Positions 10,709 through 21,001 of a DNA stretch of 49,296 bases are shown here, one piece after another (within the stretch, counting starts at the first letter, position 1; the number at the start of each line of letters is the position of its first letter). The notes under the pieces are model-generated. The model was not told the origin of the DNA, did no database searches, and saw nothing but the letters and a program-made list of their open reading frames with translations. The DNA is taken from the NCBI GenBank assembly GCA_963766075.1, contig CAVYAN010000040.1, positions 1 through 49,296 on the forward strand, in the 5' to 3' direction. The stretch is from an uncultured cyanobacterium (GTDB lineage Bacteria > Cyanobacteriota > Cyanobacteriia > Leptolyngbyales > Leptolyngbyaceae). The position numbers and the translations under genes were made by a program.

Positions 10709-13700
10709 TTAGGGCGAGTTGCATTCGCGGCTTAAAATCAGTTGCCCGTCGGGCAGTTGGTAGACCCCATCGGGTTCGGCGATCGGATCGCCCTTTTGCC
10801 AGCGTTTTCCTGGTAGTCGAGGAGCGGCGCTGACAGGTTGCGGAATAGATCGCAGTTCGCCAGTGGGGTAGGGAACAGGTGGCAATCCCCGGGACGCAAG
10901 GGCAAACTGCTGGAGCCAGTGACATAGAAGGTATTGTTGCGGTTGGGGGTACGAACGATGCAGCTATTGGCGAACAGAGCGTTGGTATCAATGAGCGCGT
11001 TTGGGAGCTGGTTGAGGCCGTTTTGGAGGTTGCTGATCATCGGTGAGTTGAGGATGACGGTACCGCTAACGCCAAATTGGGAACTGGCGGTGATGTCGCT
11101 GAAAGCGGTGGGTTGGGGCCGAAATTGCAGGCCAAAGATGCCTTGGGAAGCAATATTGATGTTACCACCTGAACCTTTAAAAGCATTAGCGGTAATATCG
11201 CTGTTTTCTTTGGGGATGGCAACGATGAAGCGACTATTGATGTTGATGTTGCCGCCGTTGCCACCAGCCTGAGCAGTGCCTGCGGTAGAGAAAGAACACT
11301 TGTTGTTCCGCAGCAGTAAATACTTGGAAAGATTTAGATTAATGTTACCGCCATCAGTAGACGCGGTTTGGGCAGAAATTTGGCCCTTGTTGAGGCGCAC
11401 AAAGTCAGCCGTAATATTAATGTCACCCGCTTTTCCAGTGCCTTGGCTACTGCTCCGGATAATTCCACCGTCCGCAACATTTAGCAATGGAGTTTCAAGG
11501 GTTAAGCTGCCACCATTACCCGTGCTGGTTTTAGCTGCCCCGACACTGATACTGCTCTCTCGCTTTCTCTCAAGTAGGCTTGTAGATACACCCGTCACAT
11601 TGATCGATTCACTAGCACGAATAAACAATTTTCCTGCATCCCCCTCACCCGTGGTATCTACAAATATTGCACCTCCATCTCTTAAGTTGAGTTTTCTAGT
11701 TTCAATAGTTATGTTGCCACCGCTACCTTTGGGTAGTCTACCGTCACGAGGATTTATCAGACCAGCATCAACCCTGCCATCGATCTGAACGCCAGCAAAA
11801 ATACCTGTATTGTAAAAGTTAGGGCTCTCTGTTTCAAATAAATCAATTTCATCAGCACAACAGTTGAAGATATTACCTGCATCCCCCTCACCAAATGTAG
11901 CTACTTGAATCTTGCTACCATCACTTGTACTTAAACGCCTGGTTTCAATCGTTAAGTTACCTCCTCGCCCTTGCCAGTCAGGTCTATTTGAGCAAACAAG
12001 CCGCCCCCAGGATAACCAACGGAACCCTCATTACTTGTATCCCCTTCACGCCTATTAATCTGTCCACTCAATTCTACAGACTCAGAAGCAATTACTTTAA
12101 AGTTACCTGCATTTCCCTCCCCAAACACGCTAGGCCCTATTTAGAGTTTTTAACAATTAGCCTTCCTGTTTTTATAGTGATGTCTCCGGAGTTGCCGCTG
12201 GCATTTCTTTGAACATCAGATTCCAATTCACCATCATTCAAGACTTGTACAAAATTCTTAGCCTCGATCGTAATATTCCCCCCATTTCCTTGTCCAAAAG
12301 TATTACTATAAATTCCCGCACGGTTACTTATACTTAATGAGCTCGTCGTAATATCAATCCCACCACTATTGCCCACAGCTTTAGAACTAACATTACTGGC
12401 AATAGCACCTCTACTATCTAGAGATATTGCATTAATAGCAGTAATAGAGATTTTACCGGAGTTTCCTGTGCCATAAGTGCTAGAATTTACGCGTCCCGCA
12501 TCTTTAATAATCAGGTTTCCAGTTTTAATATCGATCTGTCCCACATCGCCTTCGCCGAGCATACCTGTAAAGATTTCACTACCGTCACTTACACTTAAGA
12601 GATTCGTTTCGACGGTTAAATTTCCACTTCGTCCTTTTCCTGTGGCTTGTACTGAAGCGAACAAACCACCAGAGGATCCACTCAAATTTATAGAATCTGT
12701 TGCTCGAATGAGTACATTGCCCGAATTACCATTTCCAAATGTAGATGCCGATACGTATGCTCTGTTAGCAACAGTTAGTGATTTCGCGAAAATATTAATG
12801 TTGCCACTGTTGCCGGTTGTATCGGAATATACCGAATTGTCAATCGCACTCAACTGACTATTGCTGGACTGTCCGCTCACATTGACTCTTTCCGTTGCAT
12901 CAATAGTGATGTCACCCGCTTGTCGATCGGAAAAGGTTTCTCCTTGGAGAATTCCCGCTAAAATTGGGCTCCCTTCCAATATATCAACATTACGAGCAGT
13001 GATAGCCAGGTTGCCACCGCTAGTCGTGGTTCTTACACTAGCGATCGCCCCATTCTTTAGCCCCACATCTCCTCGCTCCACAGCCTCCGGAAACTGGAGC
13101 GTTAGATTATTAGCATTCATCTCTAAACCCACGGAGCCCAGTGCTGCTAGCCCACCCAACTCAATTCTGCCTCCCGATGCCGTAGTCAAACCGCCATCTA
13201 AAGTCACATTTCCACCCAACAAAATCAAACTCTGCCCATCAGGAACTTGTAGCCCCGAAGTATTTGCTGGCAGATTCCATCGAAAGCCTCCAGCCGGTTC
13301 AGTTGCTCTGGCTTGGTTAATGATTTCTGGTTTAGCAAGCGTATTAAACAAAAATACAGACGGATTAATCGCCAGTAACGGGTTGGGAAGTTGAGGTACA
13401 GATGCGCTGAAGATACCTCGATCTCCAACCTGAATGGCATTCGCCGTTGTGGCGACAATTGAACCGCCCACATCCAAATAGGCGCTCGGGCCAAACAAAA
13501 TACCGTTTGGGTTTATCAGAAACAGATTAGGTCGAGATGTTATATCCTGGAGTTGAAAGATGCCAAGTGTACCCAGAATCTCAGAACGATTCTGCCCTGT
13601 CACTCGCGCTAGAATATTTTGGATACCATTGTCAAAATTAAAAAAGTAAGCACCTCGCCCCGATGCAACATTGAATTCCTGAAAGCTGTGGAATAGATTA

Positions 13701-13894
13701 GCACCGCGAATCGCCCCCCCTCCAATTACGTCTACTGGCAATCCATTAACTGGTTCAACTATAGATCGCTCCCCTCCCAATGTCTCATCCGGCACAATCA
13801 CACTCTGTGCCCAAGCCGCACGTGCATCCAGGATGATTTCACCAAAAAGCTGCGCTAACACCCCAACCGTAGCCCATCCCAACCCTTTCAGCAT
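10709..13894 (-). CDS. TpsA3: filamentous haemagglutinin-like exoprotein (multiple frameshifts)
   Basis: Signal peptide AWA-QSVIVPD; NLFHSFQEFNV and NPNGI motifs; beta-helix repeats continue through several indels at ~11860-12140 and ~10830-10890; ends PGKRWQKGDPIAEPDGVYQLPDGQLILSRECNSP*. Confidence 0.83.
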
Positions 13895-14024
13895 CGCTAC
13901 CCCCGCAACTCAGACACACCCGTTCTATCTTACTGGGGAACAAAAACACCCGATTGCGCCCAATGCGACAAAGTTATATTTCTTTAGGGACTTCCAAGCA
14001 ATAAATAGTGCCTATAGGGGCCTA

Positions 14025-14097
14025 TGACCCACCCCGCCCTACGGGCACCCCTCCCAGGAGGGGATTTCCGGACCAATTCCCTCTTGGGAGGGGTTAG
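14025..14097. repeat. Family B dispersed repeat
   Basis: TGACCCACCCCGCCCTACGGGCACCCCTCCCAGGAGGGG...GGGAGGGGTTAG; same core as 32377-32450. Confidence 0.75.
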
Positions 14098-14198
14098 CGA
14101 ACCTGATGGCGGCTTCAGCGATTTTAGCTGGGTTAAAATTAGGAGATAAGGTTGTTTATCGCGTACTACGGAGAGACATCATGCAGGAGTCCACTGTC
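14097..14198 (+). pseudogene. Relic of a second Rpn-family gene
   Basis: Translates to ANLMAASAILAGLKLGDKVVYRVLRRDIMQESTV, matching from memory the C-terminal AILAGL...ILRRDIMQES.VY segment of cyanobacterial Rpn-like proteins; bounded by repeats on both sides. Confidence 0.7.
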
Positions 14199-14230
14199 TC
14201 CGTAGGCAGGCATAATTCAACACCATCTAG

Positions 14231-14263
14231 AGATCCCTAGCATTTTAGAAATGCCGGGGATCT
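14231..14263. repeat. Family A palindromic repeat, copy 2 (degenerate)
   Basis: AGATCCCTAGCATTTTAGAAATGCCGGGGATCT compared with the 6744 copy. Confidence 0.75.
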
Positions 14264-14326
14264 GTGGTCTTCTGAAAGTTTTGATGCCAGATGGATAGAG
14301 CCGCTAGATGGATAGAGCCGTTTGAA

Positions 14327-15706
14327 TTACAGCGTGTAGGTAAAATCTTCGACAATCATGCCGGGAGTCCACGTGCCCCCCAGTTGCCGATTTTCGTAGG
14401 TGCCCACCTCAGGAATAAACTCCGGAGTATCAGTCAACGCCACAAGGTTTTCGCCCCAAAAACGGTACAGACTCTCGTCAAACCGCAGATTTTCAATCGG
14501 GGCGACAATTTCGCCATTCTCGACCCAGAAACAGGCGTAGCGAGTCATGCCAGTAATGCGGCCCGTGGGGCGATCGCTCCAGTTTAGATAATGTAAGTTG
14601 GAGAGGTATAGCCCCGTCCCCAGAGTTGCCAAAACATGGTCAACGGGGAGGCTACCAGGCTGAACCTGGGGCGATCGCAAACTCTCCGAGCCATTGGCCC
14701 CGTTTGCCACACAGTCATATTCCTTCGCCGTGCGCGAATTGATCAGCGTATTGGTCAATTGACCCGCCACAATGATCGGTAAATCCAGGGGCGCAACCTC
14801 TCCCAAGTTATTAAACCGGGGCACCAACCCCCGCTGAAAATTCTCGTGCAGGGTGAACAGCGGCGAGAAAGCCTTGCCCTCCTGGCGCATTGGGGCCAAG
14901 GCACTGCTGCCCTGGCGCAGCGACGACTCGCTCACCGCCCCCCAGGACAACATCCCAATTAAATCCGCCACCGCCGCCGGAGCCAGATAGGTGCGGTATT
15001 GCCCTTTGCCAATCGGTTTAGGCGGGCGAGCCATCAGGGCTAACTGCTGCTTGGCGGTGGTAATGTTGGCAGCATACTGGACCGAATCCCAATCACTGCC
15101 CGCAAACGTCCCCTTCACCGCCTGTCCATCATCCGCAAACAGAGAATAGTCCAGCACAAACGTATCCGTCGCGAACCAGTGTTTCTGTCCGGCGGAGTCG
15201 GCATAGCCCCGAATCAGCCACCCGGCACCATAAAGCCCCGTAAAGTCTAAGCCCGCCACGATGGGGAGCACGGTATTCGCGATCGCCGTCGCGGGCAGGA
15301 GCTTGCCCGTAAAAACTTCGCGGCTGTGCTGCGTGCCGCTGGGCACCACCAAATAGGGATCCAGGGGAAGCTGCGGCAGGTCTTGGCGCAACTGGGCGAT
15401 CGCCATCGCTACCACCGGTTGATCCACGGCCCAGTCGCCCGTGAAGGGAAATTCGTACTGACTGCTGCGCTGATCCTGCATCCACGTCAGGACCAAGCGG
15501 CCATCCCTGACAGACCCCGTTTGGCGGACTTTGGCGCGGTTAAAGCGGGTAAATTGGCTGTGTTCACTATTGAGCTTGAGGGTGAACTGCTCCTGGGGTT
15601 GGCAGCGATCGCGCACCCAAGCCACCAGTTGATCAAACGCCTGCTCTAATTTATCCAACTGCTCTAATTGTTCCAATTGGGGCTGATCGCACTGGGAATA
15701 GGACAT
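14327..15706 (-). CDS. TldD/PmbA-family protein (TldE/PmbA-like, non-catalytic subunit)
   Basis: SQFTRFNRAKVRQ, YRTYLAPAAV, ITGMTRYACFWVENGEIVAPIENLRFDES; no HExxxH motif. Confidence 0.85.
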   Translation of the reverse strand: MSYSQCDQPQLEQLEQLDKLEQAFDQLVAWVRDRCQPQEQFTLKLNSEHSQFTRFNRAKVRQTGSVRDGRLVLTWMQDQRSSQYEFPFTGDWAVDQPVVAMAIAQLRQDLPQLPLDPYLVVPSGTQHSREVFTGKLLPATAIANTVLPIVAGLDFTGLYGAGWLIRGYADSAGQKHWFATDTFVLDYSLFADDGQAVKGTFAGSDWDSVQYAANITTAKQQLALMARPPKPIGKGQYRTYLAPAAVADLIGMLSWGAVSESSLRQGSSALAPMRQEGKAFSPLFTLHENFQRGLVPRFNNLGEVAPLDLPIIVAGQLTNTLINSRTAKEYDCVANGANGSESLRSPQVQPGSLPVDHVLATLGTGLYLSNLHYLNWSDRPTGRITGMTRYACFWVENGEIVAPIENLRFDESLYRFWGENLVALTDTPEFIPEVGTYENRQLGGTWTPGMIVEDFTYTL

Positions 15707-15779
15707 GGAAATTTTCTACAGGAGGATGTTTGAAGAACCGACGGACTTTAGAGTTTGGATTTTGGATTGAATCTAGAGT

Positions 15780-15932
15780 GCTCCAGAAATAAGGCGATTT
15801 CTGTTAAACAAAATACCCGCTGGCTTCGACTCCGCTCAGCCAGCTTGCACCCTGAGCGAAGTCGAAGGGTAGAATCTTTACCGGAAATCTCCTAAATGAT
15901 CCCGCTTCCGTTGGATCATTTATTTCTGGAGC
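15780..15932. mobile_element. Outer palindromic element interrupted by a MITE
   Basis: Removing 15793-15895 restores GCTCCAGAAATAAATGATCC, the exact reverse complement of GGATCATTTATTTCTGGAGC (15913-15932). Confidence 0.75.
15793..15892. mobile_element. MITE, 100 bp, with TAA target-site duplication
   Basis: Ends GGCGATTTC...GAAATCTCC flanked by TAA on both sides; internal hairpin CTTCGACTCCGCTCAG...CTGAGCGAAGTCGAAG; sister copy at 47049-47169. Confidence 0.8.
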
Positions 15933-15973
15933 GTACCCTAAAATCCAAAATAAACCCACTGAGCTACTGGGCA

Positions 15974-17197
15974 CTAGTCAGCGTCGTTCAGGGCGGCAAT
16001 GCCGGGGAGAACTTTGCCTTCCAGAAGTTCCAGGCTAGCACCGCCCCCAGTAGAAATGTGGCTCATTTGGTCCGCAACACCCACTTTCTCCACAGCGGCC
16101 ACGGAGTCACCCCCGCCAATGATCGTGGTGCAACCCGTTTTGGTGAGGGCAGCCAGGGCATGGGCAATCGCCTCGGTACCCACCGCAAACTTGTCGATTT
16201 CAAACACACCCATCGGCCCGTTCCAAATCACACTCTTGCAGGTCGCCAGCGCATCCTCAAACACCTTGACGGAATCGGGACCAATGTCCAGCCCCATCCA
16301 GCCATCGGGAATGTCGCTGATGCTAACGGTTTTAGAATTGGCATCGGCAGAAAAGGCATCGGCAACCACCACATCCGTCGGCAGCAGGAGTTCAACGCCT
16401 TTTTCTTTCGCCTTAATTTCCAACGCTTTAGCCAATTCCAGCTTGTCTTCTTCCACCAAAGACTTGCCGACGCTGAGGCCCCGCGCCTTGTAGAACGTGA
16501 AGATCATGCCGCCGCCAATCAGCAGCTTGTCTACTTTATCCAGCAGCGTTTCAATCACGCCAATTTTGCTGGACACCTTAGAACCGCCGACGATCGCCGC
16601 CAAGGGCCGTTGGGGATGCTCAATCGCTTCCTGCAAAAATTGCAGTTCCTTTTCGATCAGCAACCCGGCCACCGCTGGCTTCAGAATGTGCGCCACGCCC
16701 TCGGTGGAAGCGTGCGCCCGGTGCGCTGTCCCAAAGGCATCGTTCACATACAAGTCGGCATTCGCGGCCAACTGCTGCACAAAGGCCGGATCATTTTTTT
16801 CTTCGCCGGGATGGAACCGCACATTTTCCAACAGGATGACATCGCCATCGCTGAGGGCAGCGATCGCCGCAGCCACCGCATCACCAATGCAATCATCCGT
16901 TTTCGTCACGGGCTTGCCCAGCAGTTCCGACAGCCGTGCCGCCACGGGAGTCAGCCGAAATTTATCGGTGACTCGACTGGCAAAATCATCCCCCTTGGGC
17001 CGACCAAAGTGGCTCGTAAGAATCACCTTGGCCCCCTTGGAAGTTAGCGCCTGAATCGTGGGTAGGGCGGCGCGAATCCGGGTATCGTCGGTGATCTTGC
17101 CCGTATCATCCAGGGGAACGTTGAAATCGCACCGCACCAAAACGCGCTTCCCGGCTAAATCGGCGGCGGACAAACTGGCTACACTCTTCTTAGGCAC
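15974..17197 (-). CDS. pgk: Phosphoglycerate kinase
   Basis: [54 protein letters not shown]. Confidence 0.98.
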   Translation of the reverse strand: MPKKSVASLSAADLAGKRVLVRCDFNVPLDDTGKITDDTRIRAALPTIQALTSKGAKVILTSHFGRPKGDDFASRVTDKFRLTPVAARLSELLGKPVTKTDDCIGDAVAAAIAALSDGDVILLENVRFHPGEEKNDPAFVQQLAANADLYVNDAFGTAHRAHASTEGVAHILKPAVAGLLIEKELQFLQEAIEHPQRPLAAIVGGSKVSSKIGVIETLLDKVDKLLIGGGMIFTFYKARGLSVGKSLVEEDKLELAKALEIKAKEKGVELLLPTDVVVADAFSADANSKTVSISDIPDGWMGLDIGPDSVKVFEDALATCKSVIWNGPMGVFEIDKFAVGTEAIAHALAALTKTGCTTIIGGGDSVAAVEKVGVADQMSHISTGGGASLELLEGKVLPGIAALNDAD

Positions 17198-17501
17198 CGG
17201 ACGAACCTCCTAACTAATAAGTTTTTTTACCTATCCCTCATTTTTTCATGATTTGGTACCGGAATGCAAAAGGATGGGCAAGGGACGATCCCGAGTCTGG
17301 ATCTGCCCCAGAAACGGTCTATCCTGGAAAGGTCGGGGAGGCATCCTCTGGGTAAAGCATTCGGTCCAGGCAACGTTTTCCGGCCAAAAAGTTCCCAGGC
17401 AGAGGTTTTTGGCCGGAAAACGTTAAGAAGAATGTGCTATTGGCGACCCAGCGCCCCGCCCCGTAGAAAAATTGAAGGTACTGGTTTGTGGAGATTTCTC
17501 A

Positions 17502-17903
17502 ATGTTTCAAACAATCCTTTTTCCCGTGGATCAAAGCCGAGAGTCAGTCCAAGTAGCGGAGACCGTGGCTAAGCTCGTCAAGGCGAACCAAAGTCGGCTA
17601 ATTTTGCTGTCTGTGGTGGAGCCGCCGGCGGAATCGAGCGATGCGGTGATGACCGATCCCGAGGCGATCGCCAAGCTGCTGCAAAATGCGAGTGGCCTGT
17701 TTGCCAAGCAAGGGATCACCGCTGAGACCCTAGAGCGCCAGGGCAAGCCCGCCTTCACCATCTGTGACATTGCTGACGAAATTAATGCCGATCTGATCGT
17801 GATGGGATGTCGGGGACTCGGCTTAACCGATGAAGGGGCCGCCGATAGCGTCACGACGCGCGTGATTAATCTTTCCCCCTGTCCCGTTTTGATCGTGCCC
17901 TAG
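17502..17903 (+). CDS. Universal stress protein
   Basis: MFQTILFPVDQS...ADLIVMGCRG...DSVTTRVINLSPCPVLIVP; start set at ATG 17502. Confidence 0.92.
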   Translation: MFQTILFPVDQSRESVQVAETVAKLVKANQSRLILLSVVEPPAESSDAVMTDPEAIAKLLQNASGLFAKQGITAETLERQGKPAFTICDIADEINADLIVMGCRGLGLTDEGAADSVTTRVINLSPCPVLIVP

Positions 17904-17997
17904 CGGCAACGCTAGCCTAGTTGTTTTTAGCCTGTTTTATTCTGTCGAGCCTTGATTTTGACTGGTTTCCATTCCGCATTGTTTATCCCTCTTTCCC

Positions 17998-18967
17998 ATG
18001 TCAACCCCCGCCATTCAGTGGTATCCCGGTCATATTGCCAAGGCAGAACGCGCCCTCCAGGACCAACTTAAAAAAGTTGATGTGGTCTTGGAAGTGCGGG
18101 ATGCCCGGATTCCGATCACCACGGAACATCCCCAGGTGAGCCGCTGGGTAGGGACCAAGGAACGGGTGCTGGTGTTGAATCGAGTGGATATGATCTCAGC
18201 GGCGGCACGGCAGGCGTGGGTGCAGTGGTTTCGAGACCACGGCCAAGAGCCTTATTTTACGGATGCCCAGCATGGCAAGGGCATTCCCGCTGTGATTCAG
18301 GCGGCCCAGGCGGCGGGGGAAGCGATGAATCAGCGGCGGCGCGATCGCGGCATGCTGCCTCGGCCTGTGCGGGCGGTGGCGATCGGCTTTCCCAATGTGG
18401 GCAAGTCGGCGTTAATCAATCGCCTGCCTAAACCGCCGGGTAGTGGATAGTGCTCGTCGGGCCGGGGTGACGCGCCAACTGCGATGGGTCCGCATTTCTG
18501 ACCAGATTGAGCTGCTGGATGCGCCCGGAGTGCTGCCTTCCAAATTGGATGATCAGTTTGCGGCCCTCAAACTGGCGATTTGCGATGACATTGGCGAGGC
18601 CGGATACGACAATCAGCGGGTGGCGGCCCTATTCGTTGAACTGCTGAAGGATTTGGACAATACGTTTCCACTACAAAATCGCTACGGCCTGGATGCCCAG
18701 GCGATCAGCGGCGAGGACTTTTTGCACAATCTGGCGGAGCAGAAGTACAAAGGCGATGTGGAGCGAGTGGCACGCCAGCTATTGAATGATTTCCGCAAGG
18801 GTATTTTGGGGGCGATCGCCCTTGAATTTCCTCCGGCGGCATCCCCCGTCCCGGAATCCGTCGCTCCGGAAGGGAGTGCGATCGCGCCAGCAACGATGGT
18901 CCTAGAGTCTTCCCCTGCTGCCGCGATCGCACCACTGCCCGCTGAACCGCTCAGTCCCGCCGTTTGA
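17998..18967 (+). CDS. ylqF: Ribosome biogenesis GTPase YlqF/RbgA (one extra C at ~18427)
   Basis: IQWYPGHIAKA, EVRDARIP, GFPNVGKSALINRL, then GVTRQLRW and LLDAPG in the next frame; removing one C gives NRLLNRRVVDSARRAG. Confidence 0.93.
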
Positions 18968-19784
18968 GGGTAAGCAATGTCAGTTCCGGGGGGCAATAGA
19001 GTCGCCCTGGGAAATAGGTGCCCAAGCCCCGATTGACATAGAGCTGGTTAGCTCCCACGGAGTGAAGCCCTTCGACCCATTCCCAGTGCTTTAGGGTGCG
19101 GTGAAACATGCCGATAATCGGGATCAGGCGGGCGATCGGCTTTGGCAAGGCCCGATAAATATGCGCACACACCTGACCCACATGCCCCAACCCCGGAATC
19201 ACCACCTGGCCACCATGGGTATGCCCCGACAGTTGCAAATCCACCCGCCACCTTTGCAAATATTCCGCACTGTCGGGATTGTGGGATAACACCAACCGGG
19301 GCTGATCATCGGCTAGCTGGGAAAAAACTGCCGCTGGATTAAATTCCCGCGACCAAAAGTCGGCCAATCCAACGATCGCCAACTCTAAGCCTTCTACATA
19401 CCGGACCTCATTCCACAACACGGGAATACCCGCTGCGGTCAAAGCGGCAGTCACCGTGGGCCGGGTGCGGGCGAGATAGCTGTCATGATTGCCGAGCACG
19501 GCATAGGTGCCATAGCGACTCTGCAATGCCTGGAGCCAGGGAATCAAACCCTGAATCGGCTCAGGCTCCTGACTGACAAAATCCCCCGTTAGCAGCACCA
19601 AATCAGGTGCCGCCGCGTTGCAGGCCGCAACTACGGCTTCCAGCAGCCAAGGGGATAGCCGCCCCCGATCGCAATGGAAGTCAGATAATTGCGCCAATTT
19701 GAGGCCCTCTAGGGACGCCGGAAGATCAGCGATCTCCACATCCACACGCTCCACCGCCAGCGGACCAGTCAAAAATCTGTGCAT
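18951..19784 (-). CDS. Calcineurin-like metallophosphoesterase (YkuE/YaeI-like)
   Basis: SDFH, TGDFV, LGNHD, LSHNPD, SGHTHGGQ, VNRGLG motifs; start set at MHRFLTG. Confidence 0.92.
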   Translation of the reverse strand: MHRFLTGPLAVERVDVEIADLPASLEGLKLAQLSDFHCDRGRLSPWLLEAVVAACNAAAPDLVLLTGDFVSQEPEPIQGLIPWLQALQSRYGTYAVLGNHDSYLARTRPTVTAALTAAGIPVLWNEVRYVEGLELAIVGLADFWSREFNPAAVFSQLADDQPRLVLSHNPDSAEYLQRWRVDLQLSGHTHGGQVVIPGLGHVGQVCAHIYRALPKPIARLIPIIGMFHRTLKHWEWVEGLHSVGANQLYVNRGLGTYFPGRLYCPPELTLLTLKRRD

Positions 19785-20039
19785 ACGTATCCAGCCAAGG
19801 ATTCTAGATGAACGGATCACATTACGGAGGGTAGATACGCTTCCACCGTAGCATAACTTCATGGGAGGGTAGAGACGGGGCGATCGTCGTCAATCCAAGA
19901 CAAAATAACCATTTCAACCCATTAGAGCAACCCATTAGAGCCAAGCCTTTTCCCCGTTTTTTCATCTCGGTTTTCATTGTTACGCCGCAGACTAGGTGAG
20001 ATGGGACACCAAGCCGGGGCCTCTTGACCCTGCGCTGGC

Positions 20040-20071
20040 TTGACTCTCCAGTAGACTGGAGCCTTTAGAAT
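20040..20071 (+). promoter_or_regulatory. MerR-family operator/promoter upstream of the DUF305-CopB locus
   Basis: -35 TTGACT (20040-45), 20-bp spacer holding the palindrome CTCCAGT-AG-ACTGGAG, -10 TAGAAT (20066-71). Confidence 0.8.
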
Positions 20072-20126
20072 GAAGCAGCGTTCCATCCTGTAACGTTTGT
20101 TCAGTAAAGATCCTGAGGTGAAAATC

Positions 20127-20846
20127 ATGAAACGCGTTGCATTGAACATCAATTTTCTGGGACTCATGGTCATCACAGCCTTAGGCTCAGTGCTGACCGC
20201 GTGTTCTTTTCAACCCCAAACTTCTTCCCCTCCACAAGGCTCTAGCACTGCGGCCACCCCGGTGGGGAACCCATCTCCTGGATCGATGAATCATGGGTCC
20301 ATGAATCACAATCCTATGGGGGGCATGAACCATGATATGAACATGGATTTGGGTCCAGCCGATGCCGAATTTGATCTGCGCTTCATCGATGCCATGACAC
20401 CGCACCATCAAGGCGGCGTAGTGATGGCAAAAGAGGCCCAACAGAAATCAAAACGTCCGGAAATGCAAAAACTGGCGGCTGAGATTATTAAAGCCCAGGA
20501 CAAAGAGTTGACCCAGATGAAACAGTGGCGGCAAGCCTGGTATCCCAAAGCCAGTGCCGAACCAATCGCCTACAACTCCCAGATGAAGCACTCCATGCCC
20601 ATGTCACAAGACCAGATCAACGGCATGATGATGAGCATGGATTTGGGTGCCGCCGATGACCAGTTCGATCGCCGGTTTCTCAACGCCATGATTCCCCACC
20701 ATGACGGGGCTGTGGTAATGGCGCAGGATGCCTTGAAAAAGTCAAAACGCCCGGAAATTCAAAAATTAGCGCAGGATATTATTAGTTCTCAAACAGTCGA
20801 AATCAAGCAGATGAAACAGTGGCAACAAGCCTGGTACAAGCAATAA
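20127..20846 (+). CDS. DUF305 (CopM-like) metal-binding lipoprotein
   Basis: Lipobox LTAC, Met/His-rich linker, two F(I/L)xAMxPHHxGxVVMA repeats. Confidence 0.9.
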   Translation: MKRVALNINFLGLMVITALGSVLTACSFQPQTSSPPQGSSTAATPVGNPSPGSMNHGSMNHNPMGGMNHDMNMDLGPADAEFDLRFIDAMTPHHQGGVVMAKEAQQKSKRPEMQKLAAEIIKAQDKELTQMKQWRQAWYPKASAEPIAYNSQMKHSMPMSQDQINGMMMSMDLGAADDQFDRRFLNAMIPHHDGAVVMAQDALKKSKRPEIQKLAQDIISSQTVEIKQMKQWQQAWYKQ

Positions 20847-20863
20847 AGCAACGGCGAATTTCA

Positions 20864-21001
20864 GGTATTGCTGAATCCTGGGATGAAGGGCAAAATACGC
20901 CCACCCTGAGGGAAGCAAGCTCCACCCTAGCTTCTCCCAAAGGACGAGGGGACAGGATTTTTGGCTCCCTTCCCCCTCGGGAGAAGGGTCGGGGATGAGG
21001 G
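20864..21001. repeat. Degenerate GC-rich multi-hairpin dispersed repeat
   Basis: Imperfect stems (CCTAGCTTCTCCC, CCCTTCCCCTCGGGAGAAGGG, GGGGATGAGGG) resembling common cyanobacterial intergenic repeats; single copy in the window. Confidence 0.45.

Noticed and set aside
712..13894. TpsA genes as contact-dependent inhibition (CdiA) toxins
   Set aside because: C-termini are conserved rather than polymorphic, there is no VENN-type motif and no small immunity ORFs follow them.
15896..17047. 383-aa plus-strand ORF
   Set aside because: Antisense shadow of pgk with no recognisable motifs; the same applies to most long antisense ORFs over the tpsA, rpiA and FG-GAP genes.
17998..18967. Programmed frameshift or genuinely split ylqF
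   Set aside because: Removing one C restores a canonical protein, no slippery heptamer is present, and similar indels occur throughout the window.
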